DNA of 63,010 bases, the filler included, from Neolecta irregularis DAH-3 (taxonomy: Eukaryota): NCBI GenBank assembly GCA_001929475.1. It is 10 parts of 10 records of this genome, joined end to end, with 100 filler letters (N's around TTAATTAATTAA, not from the genome) between each part and the next. Parts side by side here need not be neighbours in the genome. Positions count along the whole stretch, not along the records: positions 1 to 11,991 come from LXFE01000537.1; positions 12,092 to 32,235 come from LXFE01000542.1; 8 more parts are not named here. One strand, written 5' to 3'. Below the pieces are notes generated by a model. The model made no database searches. It was not told where the DNA came from and saw only the letters and a program-made list of their open reading frames with translations. Shown piece after piece: positions 1-13,722 of this stretch. The translations under genes were made by a program, and so were the position numbers. Each line of letters begins with the position of its first letter. Positions within the stretch are counted from its first letter, which is position 1.

Positions 1-133
1 CCTAGCCTGAGTGACTGAACTCGGCTAGGTAATGAACGCCTATCTACTTTATATAATACAAATTAATTGCCGCAATATTATTGCAAGCCTTCCTTCCGTA
101 ATGGTAAGCTCTACCCGATGGTATATGCTTACA
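1..133 (-). mobile_element. LTR of a retrotransposon family (partial; truncated by window start)
   Basis: Positions ~27-133 are a near-identical reverse complement of 59462-59569. On the minus strand it begins TGTAAG and carries the CCTAGCC..GGCTAGG palindrome seen in other copies. Confidence 0.7.
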
Positions 134-385
134 GGATGATTCGACATGAATTTTGTATGTGCAGCATACTTACCAATGAAAGAAATGGCCAGATAGAAAT
201 CATTTTATGCTAGCAATTTTGGTTATTTAGTGAATATTGTATTGTACCTATTTTTGGCCCGCCCGCCCGCCGGAGCAGTCGGATGGGCGGTTGGACACAC
301 TGGCCAGAATGTCTGACATTCATATGTTTGCTTCCTTGGGTGTCTTTGAATGAATATGATAGAATTTGACGCTACACATCCACTC

Positions 386-485
386 GTCGCTATGGTGTAG
401 TTGGGAGCATGCCAGACTGAAGCTGTTCAATTTCAATTGACTTCAAGCAATCTGTTGGTCCCCGGTTCGATCCCGGGTGGCGACA
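386..485 (+). tRNA. tRNA-Phe(GAA) with 27-nt intron (423-449)
   Basis: GTCGCTATGGTGTAGTTGGGAGCATGCCAGACTGAAG-[intron]-ATCTGTTGGTCCCCGGTTCGATCCCGGGTGGCGACA; A and B boxes, acceptor stem GTCGCTA/TGGCGAC, GAA anticodon. Confidence 0.95.
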
Positions 486-1048
486 TCATTTTGAAAAAAA
501 GCCATCTTTCGTATTCCATTTATCTACCCAGTCGAACAGTGCTCTAGCTAACAGGGTTGTTGGTATGTTTTTATCTGGAAAATCGCTGATTAATGGCAGA
601 TGTTTGAAACATGCTGATTGCGGGTAAACTGACGATAGCAGATTCAAAAGAAAAGATTGTTGTATCAGAGGACGTCGCATATTCTCCGGATTCACGCTAT
701 GACGACAGTTAATAATTTTCCTGGAGTTGAAGACCACATGATTTGTAGGAAACACGTAAAAGCAAAGAAAACCAATCATTTGGACCAATAACACAAGGAT
801 TTGAAAAGGCTAATGTTTCTTTCGCATCCTACGTTCAAAAGATCCAAATATTCTAACCCTAACTCCACCGTGAGAACCTAGACGAGTCGATATTTCTTCA
901 AGTATTATTTTCGTCTTTTTTGAATCTCGGAGGTATTCGGAAGCTGTACGACTGACGTTGACATTGACTGTAATTGAAACTCACCACCATATTCTGGATC
1001 GCCCCCTTTCCTCAACTGTTCAGTCAGCATCTCTACCCAAACGGGTAG

Positions 1049-1840
<792 letters not shown>

Positions 1841-2101
1841 TCGAGAATGTCTGAAGAATTTGCGATTCTGGAAGTTGCGGCGGGTCTTTTTGAGTTTTGT
1901 TATTGCGCCTTGTTTCGTCTTTTTTTTAACCATCTGCCGTCCCGTCCCTCTACTCTGCTTTACATCGCAATATATAAATATCATGAATCCGGAAATCGAT
2001 CTCATAATGCATCGATGGGAATTTTCCACGTGTAATATCTGAGCCCAAACTCCCTGAATTTACAAGATCCCACTAAAATCAAAATGCTATAGACATCCCC
2101 T

Positions 2102-5100
2102 CTATTCAATCGTCTCAACAGGTCGACAACTGCAGACCAGATTCAAGTCTCCGTATGAATCATCTACTCTCGCAATGCTTGGCCAAAACTTTTTCTCTTT
2201 GAGGTAGGAAAGTGGAAAACCTGCTTGCTCACGTGTATAAGGTCGATCCCAAGGTTCGTTTAAAAGATCTACGAGAGGGTGAGGCGCCATCTTTAGAGGA
2301 TTAACATCGCAAGGCCATGTCCCATTTTCTATCTTTTCAATTTCCTTGCGAATAGAAATAAGTGCTTCGCAGTACCTAGATTGAGTTTGTAGACGCAAAA
2401 AATTCTATACCGGTCTATTTCATCGAGGCCTTCACTCTCGGTAGGTTCAATCATTAGTGTGCCGTTGACCGGCCAACTCATGGTCGGCGCATGGAATCCA
2501 TAGTCTTGCAACCGTTTGGCAAAATCAATAGCCTCAATTCCAACGCTCTCCTTGAATCCTCTGACGTCCAAAATGAATTCATGAGCACATAGACCATGGT
2601 TATTAGTATACAAGACCTTGTAATGCGAAGAGAGCTTTCGTGCCATATAGTTTGCGTTTAGTAAAGCGACTTTAGTGGCGTGAGTCAACGATTGTCCGCC
2701 AAACAATTAGAAAGATAGACAAGGTCAATACCCATTGCTTTGATATAGGCCCATGATATCACGAGTATACTTGCACTACCGAACGGAGCAGCGCTGATCG
2801 GTTTAATGGCTTGTTCGCCTCCGGTTTTAATGATTGGATGGTCGGGAAGGAACGGCTTGAGATGTTTTTTCCTATGAACGTGATTAAAGCGAATCTGATT
2901 GACACAAGATACACTCCAATTGGGCCCATACCAGGTCCTCCGCCTCCATGTGGGATACAAAAACTGGAAAGTTCAGTGGAAAAAGGGGACAGGGATATGT
3001 ACGTTTTATGAAGATTTAAATGACAGACATCTGCACCGATTTCTCCGGGCGAACAAAGACCGATCTGGGCATTCATATTCGCACCGTCCATGTATACTAA
3101 TCCGCCCATCTCATGTATAATCTCACAAGCTTTTCCGATTTGTTCTTCAAAGACTCCATATGTAGAAGGATAAGTAATCATGACTGCGGCCAATTCGTCT
3201 TTGTATTTTTCTGCTTTGGATTGGAGGTCGACAAGGTCGAGGTTTCCTTTTTGATCGCATTTGATAGTGACGACGCGAAGACCAGCCATAACTGCGCTCG
3301 CGGGATTAGTCCCGTGCGCGGAGACCGGGATGAGACAGATATCTCGATGTTGTTGGCCCTTGGATTTGAGGTATGCCCTGATAGTTTTCAGGCCGGCGTA
3401 TTCACCTTGTGCACCGCTGTTTGGCTGGAGACTGACACCGTCAAAGCCTGTTATTTCGGCTAGGTCTACGGCTAATTGGTCGAGGAGCTTGGTGTAGCCT
3501 TTTGCCTGGTGCTGGGGAATGAATGGGTGCAGGGCGTTGATTTCCGGCCAGGACAGGGGAATCAGTTGTGCTGTTGCGTTGAGTTTCATGGTACATGAAC
3601 CCAGAGGGATCATCGAATGAACCAATGACAAATCTTTTGACTGAAGGTGGTTGATATAACGTAGAAGATCTGTCTCTGAATGATGGGTATTGAAGACTGG
3701 GTGAGTGAGATATGGCGAGGTTCGACGGAGATAAGACGGAAAGGACTGCTTGAAATGCTCCGTTAGATTCGTTTCATTACTGAAAATCGAGCAAATGTCG
3801 AAGAAATCAGACTTTGTAACTGTTTCATCGAGTGTGATTCCCACTGTCTCGTCGTCTACTTGTCTCAGATTAATACCCTTGTCCAAAGCAGAGGCGACAA
3901 TCTTGTTCGCAGGACATTTGATTGTCAACGTGTCAAACCAGGTATCGTTTCCCACTTTATATCCAGCCTGGACCACTATATCAGCTAGCATCGTCGTTAG
4001 TCCATTAATTTTTCTCGCAATCTCCTTGATTCCCTAACTTGTTGGTTCCGCGCCTTTCACGAATTTACCTCGGGACCATGCCAAACGGCGTACATGGCAC
4101 TCATATTAGCCAACAAAGCCTGACTCGTGCAGATATTGCTCGTCGCTTTTTCTCTACGAATATGCTGTTCACGAGTCTGTAGCGCCAATCGAAATGCATC
4201 TGCGCCCATGCGATCTTTGGAAAGACCGACAATACGACCTGGTAGTCGTCGTTTATGCTCGTCTACACAAGCAAAAAAAGCGGCATGCGGTCCGCCGTAG
4301 CCCAGGGGAATACCAAAGCGCTGTGAATTGCCAAAGGCGATATCGGCGCCGATTTCACCAGGCGGTTTGAGAAGACTTAGAGCCAGTAGATCCGTTGCAA
4401 GAATCAAGAGGGAAGAATTAGAATGGAGGTGTTTAGCTAGACTGGTATAGTCGGTGACACTGCCGTCTGATGCCGGGTACTTTATATTCGTGAGGATTCT
4501 TTCAAAAAACGAACGATACCTGAGCGATGACACCCATTAAATCGTCTTTGTGCATATCAACAGCAGACTGATTAGCATCTCCAACGACAATGTCGATTCC
4601 GAATCCCTCGGCCCGGCTGCGGAGACATTCAATAGTCTGCAAGTGAATCCCTTTATCCACGAATATTGTCTTTTTTTTATTTCTACTGGCATTGAAGGCC
4701 ATGATCATTGCTTCTCCAGCTGCAGTGGCCTCATCTAATAGACTCGCATTAGCAATATCCAAGCCCGTCAAATCTGTCACGACTGTTTGGAAATTAAACA
4801 GACTCTCGAGTCGTCCTATCAAGTCAACCGCGAAGAAAAAAGGTGCGTACCTTGTGAGATTTCGGGCTGGTAGGGTGTATAACTTGTATACCATCCGGGA
4901 TTTTCCAAAATGTTTCTCGAGATAACTGGCGGTGTGATAGATCCCGCGTATCCCATTCCTATATAGCTTTTGAGCACTTTATTCTCCGCAATGATTTGTC
5001 TGAGGGTTCTGAGCAATTCGGACTCGCTGAGCGCGCCATTTGGAATGTTTAAGGATTTTTTAGAAAGGACGGATGCTGGGATTGCTGATTCAATGAATTT

Positions 5101-5289
5101 ATCGAGAGATGAAAAGCCGAGTGTGGTTAATTGGAGTGAAACGTCTTGAGGAGAAGGGCCCAGATGTCTTTTGGGGAACGAATCAAGTGGATCAAAAATT
5201 GTCTTGGATATGTGGGCTGTCGCTGAATGGTAAGGTCGATTAAACCCGAAACTGAGCTGTCGAATGATATTAAGTCTAGATGAAAGCAT
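2102..5289 (-). CDS. GCV2: Glycine decarboxylase P protein (mitochondrial), multi-exon
   Basis: [47 protein letters not shown] (PLP lysine), [29 protein letters not shown]-terminal targeting-like peptide. Confidence 0.96.
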
Positions 5290-5566
5290 CTGTTGTAGTG
5301 GTAGAAAAGGCGGAGAGTGCTCTTATTGTGCGGTCTGAAACGAAAAGGCTGATTGGTCACGAATGAAGAAATATTTAAACATAGCCAACAGCAGTAATAA
5401 CTTGACAGTTATTGCAGCATATTAGCAGCATATTAGCAGGAATGGCAGGAATAGTAGCATATTGGCGAATATTGCTGATAGAAGTTGTAATAGATCTAAT
5501 ATCTGAACCAAGAGAACAGTTTATCCAAACAGATTCTAATGGGATCTCAATTGAATAAATCACATC

Positions 5567-6412
5567 TTACAGTTCTCCGTCTGTACGAAGATAATCACCT
5601 GGTCCATATGGTTTCTCCAAAAGTGAAGTCAAACCACCTTGTGGTTCACAGCTTTTACGGCCGCCTTGGGGTCCAGGTACACCCAAATCATCTTTTTCCA
5701 GGCCTTTGAGTATCTTTAATGTACTTTCTGGCGTCAAATCTTCCTGTGAAACTAAGAATTTTGTCAATATGGAAGAATTTACATAGTAATCGTCATTGAC
5801 GGCAAGAACGGGAGCATTGACACAGGCTCCGGCGCATTCAACTTCTACTAGTGTGAATTTGTTGTCTGGTGTTGTTTGGCCGGGTTTGATGCCGAGATGT
5901 TTTGTAATGGTTTTGAGGATTTCGGTTGATCCACACAATTCGCATGGTGTCTGCGGGTTTTAGTTGAATTCTTTTGGAATTTACCAACCGTTGTGCATAG
6001 CTGGAGAAAGTATTTTCCTACGGGTTCGCGGTTGAACCTAGACTTGTGTTAGAGAGGCGGTGTCATTTGGGAGATACATTGTGTAAAAAGTAGCGACTTC
6101 TATGTTGTCAGCTTTGAAATAGTATTACCAACCATAGACTCTCATTTCGGGCATGTCTAGCATTTTTGCAACATAGTTCATTAGACTGATGCTAGTCCAG
6201 CCTAACTGGCGCTGTCCGAGATCTAACAGCGGGATAACAGCAGCTTTTTTGTACTGTTTTGGATAGCGGGCGATGATGGATTGTGATCTTTTCATGTTTT
6301 CCGGGGAAAATACGAATGGGATTTTGGGATTGTTTTTCGGAGTGTTTCTGTGAACGAACAGAGCGTCTGACGATTTTCGAATGGTAAAACTGAATGGCCG
6401 GCGAAACAACAT
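5567..6412 (-). CDS. NDUFV2: NADH:ubiquinone oxidoreductase 24-kDa subunit (NDUFV2/NuoE family), multi-exon
   Basis: [36 protein letters not shown] (spliced), [11 protein letters not shown] 2Fe-2S ligands, GRKSCEP. Confidence 0.93.
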
Positions 6413-6572
6413 GATATGGATACTGATGCTGATTGATGATTTATGATTGGGATTAGCTGGAGGAGTGCATGTGTCGCCAGGAACCCGCAACCAACCTTTA
6501 CTTGATACCAACCATTTACTTGTACTTGTACTTGACTACCAGACTGATTTAATTAACTAGTTACTGTTCTGG

Positions 6573-7623
6573 ATGCCGTTTCTGTCGTTCTTTCGCTCTG
6601 TATATTTATTATTTTCAAACCCAGACTAAAAAGTAGGATCCCACTTCGCCAGACTCATATGAAAAAGCACTGTCTGAAACAAGCCGCAGAATCCAGCAGG
6701 CGCAAAGAAACATGTCGCTAGCAGTGCAGCGGTCGCGAAGGGTATTAGCACTGTGGACAGTCTACTCGCTGCTGGCATATTCGTTATTTCTTGCAATATT
6801 TATTCTTCGACGAGATCGCGGGATCCAGGGATGGGCAACTGCTGTTTTGGGGCCGCCTCTGATTTATGGAACACGTCGAATGATGCGGTGGTACTATACC
6901 CGGCGCATTGGGAGCATTGGTGGGTGTGATAAAGGAGGAAACGCTGACAAAACAGAAACCAAAGTCGAGCATCTCAAATCGCAGCAGCGGGAAAAAGTAG
7001 AAGAGCTGAAACGTAAGACGCGGTTCTATTCCACGCAGAGTCTGCTCGAGCGGTATGCGGCCGAGGGATCAAATGCGAATTCATCTTTGAATCCGAGTGT
7101 GAATTTACTTTTGAATCCAAGTGCGAATACCTCGAATACCCCAAATACGAATTCACCTGTTAATTCAAATACGAGTTCATCTTTGAATCAAAATCCAAAT
7201 ACGCCTTTGAATTCATATACCGACACTGTACCGGTATCCACACCCACCAAACGCATCATTCTTAGACGGCGGGCATCGCAGCCTCAGCCGTTGAGTTCTT
7301 CAGCCTGGCCTTTGCCTCGGATGCATGACACACCACCCGAACCATTGCAAGCACAATCACCAGTTGCATCCACATGGTATGACCGGGTACTCGATATTTT
7401 GGTTGGCGTAGACGAATCTGCTCCGTCTCAACGACATGCCTTGATCTGCATTTCCTGTCGCTCACATAATGGCCTCGCCCCTTTTTCTCAACCTCCAGAA
7501 ACAGTCGCATATAGCTGCCCTCACTGCGGATCCTGGAACGGGCCTCGAGAAGAAACCGCGAATCTGGACCAAAACTCCGTCGTAGTCGCAGGAGAAGAAT
7601 TCAAGCCTGAAGACGAAGATTAA
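6573..7623 (+). CDS. LNP1: Lunapark ER junction protein
   Basis: Two N-terminal TM helices, coiled coil (KVEELKRKTRFYSTQSLLERY), WYDRVLDILVG, zinc ribbon ALICISCRSHNG..CPHCGSWN. Confidence 0.9.
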
Positions 7624-8093
7624 TCACCATTTTTGTGTATCGTTAGCTGCAAAAGCATTGGACCATGCCTGCCGTTTTCACCGCAGACGTGATCGTTCGG
7701 TTCAGGTCGAATTAACAGTTCTCAACAGTATTTATATGTGTATCATGTTAGAGTTGGTTTCAACCATGTCGTAGACTTGAAAGAAATGCATTACTTTGAT
7801 ATGCAAAGTGTGCCCTGAGGACTGTCGAGCCAATCTCAACATATTCCCTCACCACCACCTGATGTGGCTGTAGACTTGAATCACTGGCGTAAAAATCTTG
7901 CTCATTGTAAGCATCGACCACATGCTTGTAATAGTAACCATTAATAGAAAGGAAATATATACATAACCTAATTATCCAATCCAAGTCTACCAATGCCATC
8001 AATCCAGGAATTTGTGACCTACAATTATCTGCGCCTCGTGTCATGGGCAACAGAGACGATAATAATATCGCGATTTGGAACAAAACCTATTAC

Positions 8094-8111
8094 TTAGGGT
8101 TAGGGTTAGGG
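8094..8111 (+). repeat. Interstitial telomere-type repeat (TTAGGG)3
   Basis: Three exact tandem TTAGGG units. Confidence 0.8.
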
Positions 8112-8446
8112 CGCTCATCAGAGCCATGGACACAGGGAGGCTGTGCGTCCATCCCCAGCATCTGCAGTGCTCCCTTGAGGCCAGAATAGACTGGCGCATC
8201 GTGCCGAGACTCCCCGTCATAGACGACGGATATGTGTACAGACATGATTCGGCAGCTCGTTGGATCGTCTCACACTTGTGGCTTCCACGCTGTCATTGAT
8301 CATGCGATACACTTGTATAGTGCAACGCTTGGCCAACACAGTTCGCTCAAGGCTCCAGTCCATATTTGGCGCAACAGGGCCCTTATAACTATCCAAACCT
8401 GCTTAAAACATTTCTCAAAGTTGCTCTTTTGCAACACCTGCCTGAC

Positions 8447-11400
8447 ATGAACATACCCTGGATCTTGCTATTCGCATCACTCCATCATCGCCTGGCAAAT
8501 GCAGATTTACAGGACATGCAGGGGAACCATGATCATCCAACACTCTACCAAAACCACGTTCAAGATTTCGCCATACAAGACAGTTTACTTTCCAGAAGAT
8601 TCAAACAGTCAATTCACAGTGGTACTCAATCCTCTCGTAAAATGAAGATCCCAGCATATGTTGTCCAACTTTCATCACCGTTAATCACAATCACAAAAGA
8701 AGAGCACGGCCTACCTGTACAGTCACCTATTAGAAAGAGCAACTTACATCAAGACAGTACATTCTTTTTTGACGCAATTATGGTCCATGACAAACAATTT
8801 CGAGATTCGTCGCATTTTTTCGAACTCTGTGTTTCTGGGATGTTCATTTCACATGGAAGATCATACCTTACTCGAAGAAATTAGGGCTCTCCCTGTCGTT
8901 GTCAAAATCTGGCCAGTTCGGATGATTCCGTTCCCAGAGTTTCCAGCATACATTCCTCTCCAAGGAGTTGAACCTGGAACGGTTCTTGGCGAGCATAAAT
9001 ATGCTGTGCATAAAAAGACGGGGGTTGAAAAGTTGCACAAGGAAGGAATCATGGGAAAGCCGCGAATTATTGTCGGTGTAGTAGATACAGGGTAAATCCT
9101 TCTGTCTGGAAATATTGTGATTTCTAGGGTTGATTACACTTTGAAAGCTCTTGGAGGTTGTCTGGGTCCTCGTTGCACAATTGTCGCTGGAGAAGATCTC
9201 GTTGGTGATGACTTTGATGGTACCAACACAGCTCATAGAGGAGGACCCCCCGTGGATGTCCTAGGGCACGGGACACATGTAGCCGGGATTATTGTTGGAA
9301 AGGGCCACAAGTAAGCTTCAAATATCTAGAGAGAACTAATAAGATAGCTTCATTGGAGTAGCACCTTCTGTATCTTTGGCAATGTGGAAAGTGTTTGGTC
9401 GAACAGGAGGTTCGTCGGACGACGTTATTGTTGAAGGTCTAATTGCTGCGAAGGAAGCTGGTGCAAGTTCTTTATTTCGAGATATTGCTGAACTCTAGTG
9501 TACTATTATTTCAATTTCAATCGTTGAAACTTCTAGCTGGAGCGAAGACTTTCTCTCAGTAGCCGCCAGTAAACTTGCTGATGAAGGCATATTCGTTTCT
9601 ATTGCAAATGGAAATGCAGGTGACTTGGGCCTCTTCGCAGGGACTTCACCGGGAACGGGACTTGATGTCACGGCTGTTGGAAGTGCTGAATCACCAGCAT
9701 GGTGGGGGTTTCCTGCGACCATCATGACAAGGAATACGGAGAGCTTCTCTATTGATTATTTTTCGAATACGAGGCTCTCTGTTAACGAGCCACTGGAATT
9801 CTATGCTACATCCTATGACGCCGAAGTCCAAGAGGATGCCTGTAAACCATTACCTGATGATACACCAGACCTCTCGAACAGGATTGTGCTGAGTCACAGA
9901 GGAAATTGTTCCCCGTACGATCAAATTGCAAATGCCCAAAAGAAGGGAGCAAAAGTCGTACTGTATTTGCCACTTGAACCCTTCTTTTTGACTGATTAGT
10001 ATTTACAACAACGACAAACCGTTGCCTTTTCTATATTCTTTTGACGTTCAAGGTAAATCTTCTAACAGGAAGATTTGTGATATTTTAGCGGCTATGATTA
10101 ATGCATCAGATGGCGAAAAGATTATTAAGGCACTGAATAAAGGAAGTTCAAAAGTGTTCTTTTCGCAAGCCCGCGGTCCTCAATCCGACTCACAACTTCA
10201 TTTTAATGAAAATAATCTCACTGGTGACCTAGTGAGCCACTTTTCAAGCTGGGGACCGACCAACGAACTGCTTCCCAAGCCCGCATTGATTGCTCCGGGT
10301 GGAAATATACTTTCGAGTTTCCCAAGCAAACTCGGTGGATATGGAATCTTCTCTGGAACATCCATGGCCTCAGTATGCCATCCTATACTTGACCTGACTA
10401 ATTCCGAGCCCTATATCGCTGGAGTTGCAGCACTTTTGCAATCTGTTCACGGTGTTCTTAATCCATCAGAGTTGAAAGACATATTGATTACAACTGCAAT
10501 TCCAGCAAAATTTTATGATGGAGTGACATTGCCTCCAAGTCCTTTGGTACTGTTTTGTAAAAGTTACGATTTGGTTGACACATCAGCCTGCTCCAGTGAT
10601 TCAACAAGGCGGAGGACTAGTTGAAGCCTATAATGCACTCAAATGGTCTTCTCGGATCCAGCCTTCTATCCTTCATTTGAATGACTCAAACAACTTTCAT
10701 GGCAGTCCTATAATAAAAATTCATAACCGTGGTAAGAAGGAGGCTACATATTTGTTCTCGGCTAAAGGCGCGAGTACGGTATACACATTTCCTCCGGACT
10801 CGATCTATCCGCAGAAGTATCCCCTCAAAGCCGAGAGTTCCTTTGCAGTAGTCAGTTTTCCAGTGGACTCGGTTACAATACCCGGAGGGGGCCTTGCGAT
10901 CCTACAAATCGATATTACACTACCCCACAATCTCAAAACCTCCCGTTTGCCATTCTATTCTGGCTATATTCAGATTGCCTCGACTCTAGGAGAAACTTTC
11001 ACAGTCCCGTATCTTGGTACCACTTCGAATATGAAGCAAGTTCAGATTATGGAAATAAGTGAACGCTACCCATATCTGACGACCGATACATCTGACACTG
11101 GAAATAAAATAGCCGAAAACATGCGATTTAAGATAGGCACGACGGCACCCACGATCGTCTCCAAGATGGCCATGGGAACACCATTTTTGTCAATGAGTAT
11201 AAGACTTTACAATTTGTCCTGCTGACTTGAAAGAGCTAGTTCATACAAGTATGATTACGGAGAAATTTCTTGAAAATGGGGATTTTTTGAGTAGCAAAAG
11301 CGGGGAGGAAATTGAAGACTTTCCGATTAAGTACGTTCCCCGCTCGATCGACGTGGCAGATATTGAAACATGGGATGGAAATCTTGCATCGGGCAACAAA

Positions 11401-11514
11401 ATCAAAGCAGGTAGCTATAAAATCCTTATCTCTGCGCTCAAGATATTTGGTAACAAACACGATCGGAATGACTGGGAGAAATGGTTGTCATCCACCTTTG
11501 TCATGGAGGAATGA
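8447..11514 (+). CDS. Secreted subtilisin-like S8 protease with PA and Fn3-like domains, multi-exon
   Basis: Signal-like start MNIPWILLFAS; catalytic motifs VGVVDTG, HGTHVAG, GTSMAS; SHFSSWGPT; PA domain HRGNCS..AQKKGAK; C-terminal YKILISALKIFG..WEKW. Confidence 0.9.
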
Positions 11515-11814
11515 ATCATTATTTGTGAATTTTTATACCTTCGTCGATTGAAACGTGCATGTGGAATATATATAAGTTTCTATTTACTGTCATGTTTCTC
11601 CTGAGATATAGGGAATGACATTTCCTATATCACGAATTTTAAGAAGAGCATATTTAATAAAATGTGGTGTGCACCAAACGCGCGCCTAAAATTCGAATTT
11701 TTTATAAGCCACATTTATGAAATTTGGTGCGCACCAAACGCACCCTTAGATTTTACCATACACGTGAAGACATTATCTTATTTACGAACAGTATTGGGTA
11801 TATAGTCTTGTAGG

Positions 11815-11904
11815 ATCCAACCAAGTTCACATAATTAGGTTAGGTATGCCCTGTATATGAAGTTCACACATCTAGGTTAGAATAAAACCGAGTCTTATTG
11901 TACT
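11815..11904 (+). mobile_element. Degenerate LTR fragment (same family as 32760-32972)
   Basis: Two AAGTTCAC..TAGGTTAG sub-repeats followed by GTCTTATTGTACT, the same layout as 24010-24103. Confidence 0.55.
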
Positions 11905-12213
11905 TTTGCCAATGTGAGTACTTGTCCGGTCTGGTCTATACTCCGCTGAGCCTTAAGGTCGTATATAGTTGCAAGGGTCGTCAATAGTGATNNNNNNNNN
12001 NNNNNNNNNNNNNNNNNNNNNNNNNNNNNNNNNNNTTAATTAATTAANNNNNNNNNNNNNNNNNNNNNNNNNNNNNNNNNNNNNNNNNNNNCCAACCAGC
12101 AATTTATTATCCTATAAACGCCTACAACATCTAACTACACCCTGCGTGCAACAAGCCCCTCATTATTTTTGGACTTTGTTCATGATCTCCCTAATGACGC
12201 CGAGACAAAGACC

Positions 12214-12299
12214 GGCTCAGTGGTCTAGTGGTATGATACTCCGTTCGGGCTCGTCGTCTGAACTCGGAGTGGTCCCGAGTTCGAATCCCGGCTGAGCCC
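12214..12299 (+). tRNA. tRNA-Pro(CGG) with ~14-nt intron
   Basis: GGCTCAGTGGTCTAGTGGTATGATACTCCGTTCGGG-[CTCGTCGTCTGAAC]-TCGGAGTGGTCCCGAGTTCGAATCCCGGCTGAGCCC followed by a T-run. Confidence 0.92.
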
Positions 12300-12517
12300 C
12301 GCTTTTTAATTCAGTATTTATTACACATCGTCATCATAGCCCCAAGTATTTCACTAGCTAATTGTTGATATGAAATTGGCCGAAGATAAATAGGTCCTGG
12401 TCTGTGAAATCGGATACAATTTGTGTTGTTTTAGAAGAGCAAGCAAAGATAGGAGTAATAAATTGATGATGAAATCTACGAAGCAGCATTCTATTTCATT
12501 TCATTCTAGATTTCCAT

Positions 12518-13722
12518 CTATTCATCTTCACTTTCTCCAGAGCTCTCTGAGGTATCTGTCTCCATCCCGTATCCTACATAACTATCTGAGCGATCACCAT
12601 ACTTATTGGGTCTACCCTGAGCATATTGATCAAACACCTCTTCGTTGATGCGAATTGACCAAACGAAAACAGCCATGTCTCGAGCAGTCTGCAAAAATCC
12701 TTCTCCACAATGTCTTGGAAAAGGAGGAGGCAAGGGATTCGTAGCCCAGGGACTCGCAAAAAGAACCGGGGGCGCTGACACCATTTGTCGTGCTCGACGT
12801 AGCACGACGACGATTCCGTCTGATGTACACGTAACTACTGCTTCGACTTCGAATGTGGAACATTGAATTGCAGTTTCAGATAATAATCCTCTCGAAGAAC
12901 TGAAACCAGACTTTATGAGATTGCGATTTTGACTACCAGAAGAGAACGTGAGAGAATCGCGAGAAAAAGGGTTTCTCCAAGGAAATCGCAGGTAGGCGAG
13001 TGAGTCGTTTTCTTTCGCTCGTTCGATGGCATCCACAGCACCTTCGAGATGATTTTCCGAAATACATTTGAGAAAAGAGTGCCCGCGAATGTCTTCGGCC
13101 GAAATACCGAGTATTGACAATGAAGTGTGAGTAGCGTAGAGAATGGGTAATGTCCGTGAATATCGATTGATGATAAAAGCTACTCTAGGTTCGCAACTCC
13201 TTTCCCTGTCTACAAATTTTGTGGAAAGGTGCTTAATCATGTGGTATCGTGGATCCGCAGGAGTCGAAGAAATCACTGGAGAAAACACAGCAGAAATTTC
13301 AGGCGCCATTTCTTTGCGTTCTAGGATTAGAGTTGATCCAGTAGCCATAAGTACTTTCACTCTTCAACCCTTTTGTATGAATTGTCGTAGCCGCTATAAA
13401 AACGTCATAGACTACTGTGAATACACATTCACAACCAACCCATTCCTGCTGCTTATTCTTGAGTTTGCAGTAGCTCAGCATTGCAGCTTTATCGAGTTTG
13501 ATCTGATTGGAATGGATGTCTCTAGCGAGAGGGACTTGTTCAGGGTGAAAGAAGTCAAAGCAAGACTTTGCGACGACGTCTGACGGTTCATAGCCCAAAA
13601 CGTCGGACACTGACTGAGATGCATAAAGGATGGTAGCATTAGGGCTAAGATCGTGCAGCGTAATAAAAGTACTAAGATTGTAAGACTGATATGGATACAG
13701 TCAGGGAATCATACATGTCCAT
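12518..13722 (-). CDS. Fungal tandem-PAS-domain protein, 3 exons
   Basis: Spliced start MDITFITLHDLSPNATILYASQSVSDVLGYEP..FDFFHP (PAS); second PAS-like unit EPRVAFIINRYSRTLPILYAT..EAVVTCTSDGIVVVLRRAR. Confidence 0.82.

Noticed and set aside
486-794. 102-aa minus-strand ORF between tRNA-Phe and ypt2
   Set aside because: Non-ATG start, no recognisable motif and no clear splice support.
853-863. CTAACCCTAAC, a perfect telomerase-template-like 11-mer
   Set aside because: Only 200 nt remain before the ypt2 ATG and no convincing pseudoknot follows; more likely a telobox or chance.
8717-8884. Apparent frameshift in the subtilisin prodomain
   Set aside because: A 37-nt GTACAG..CTTAC..AAG intron (8717-8753) joins the two frames cleanly.
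11992-12091. N-flanked TTAATTAATTAA palindrome, repeated at nine sites (also 32236, 37478, 41034, 45876, 47652, 50227, 59570, 60994)
   Set aside because: Artificial contig linker with stops in all six frames. Adjacency across these joins is not proven.
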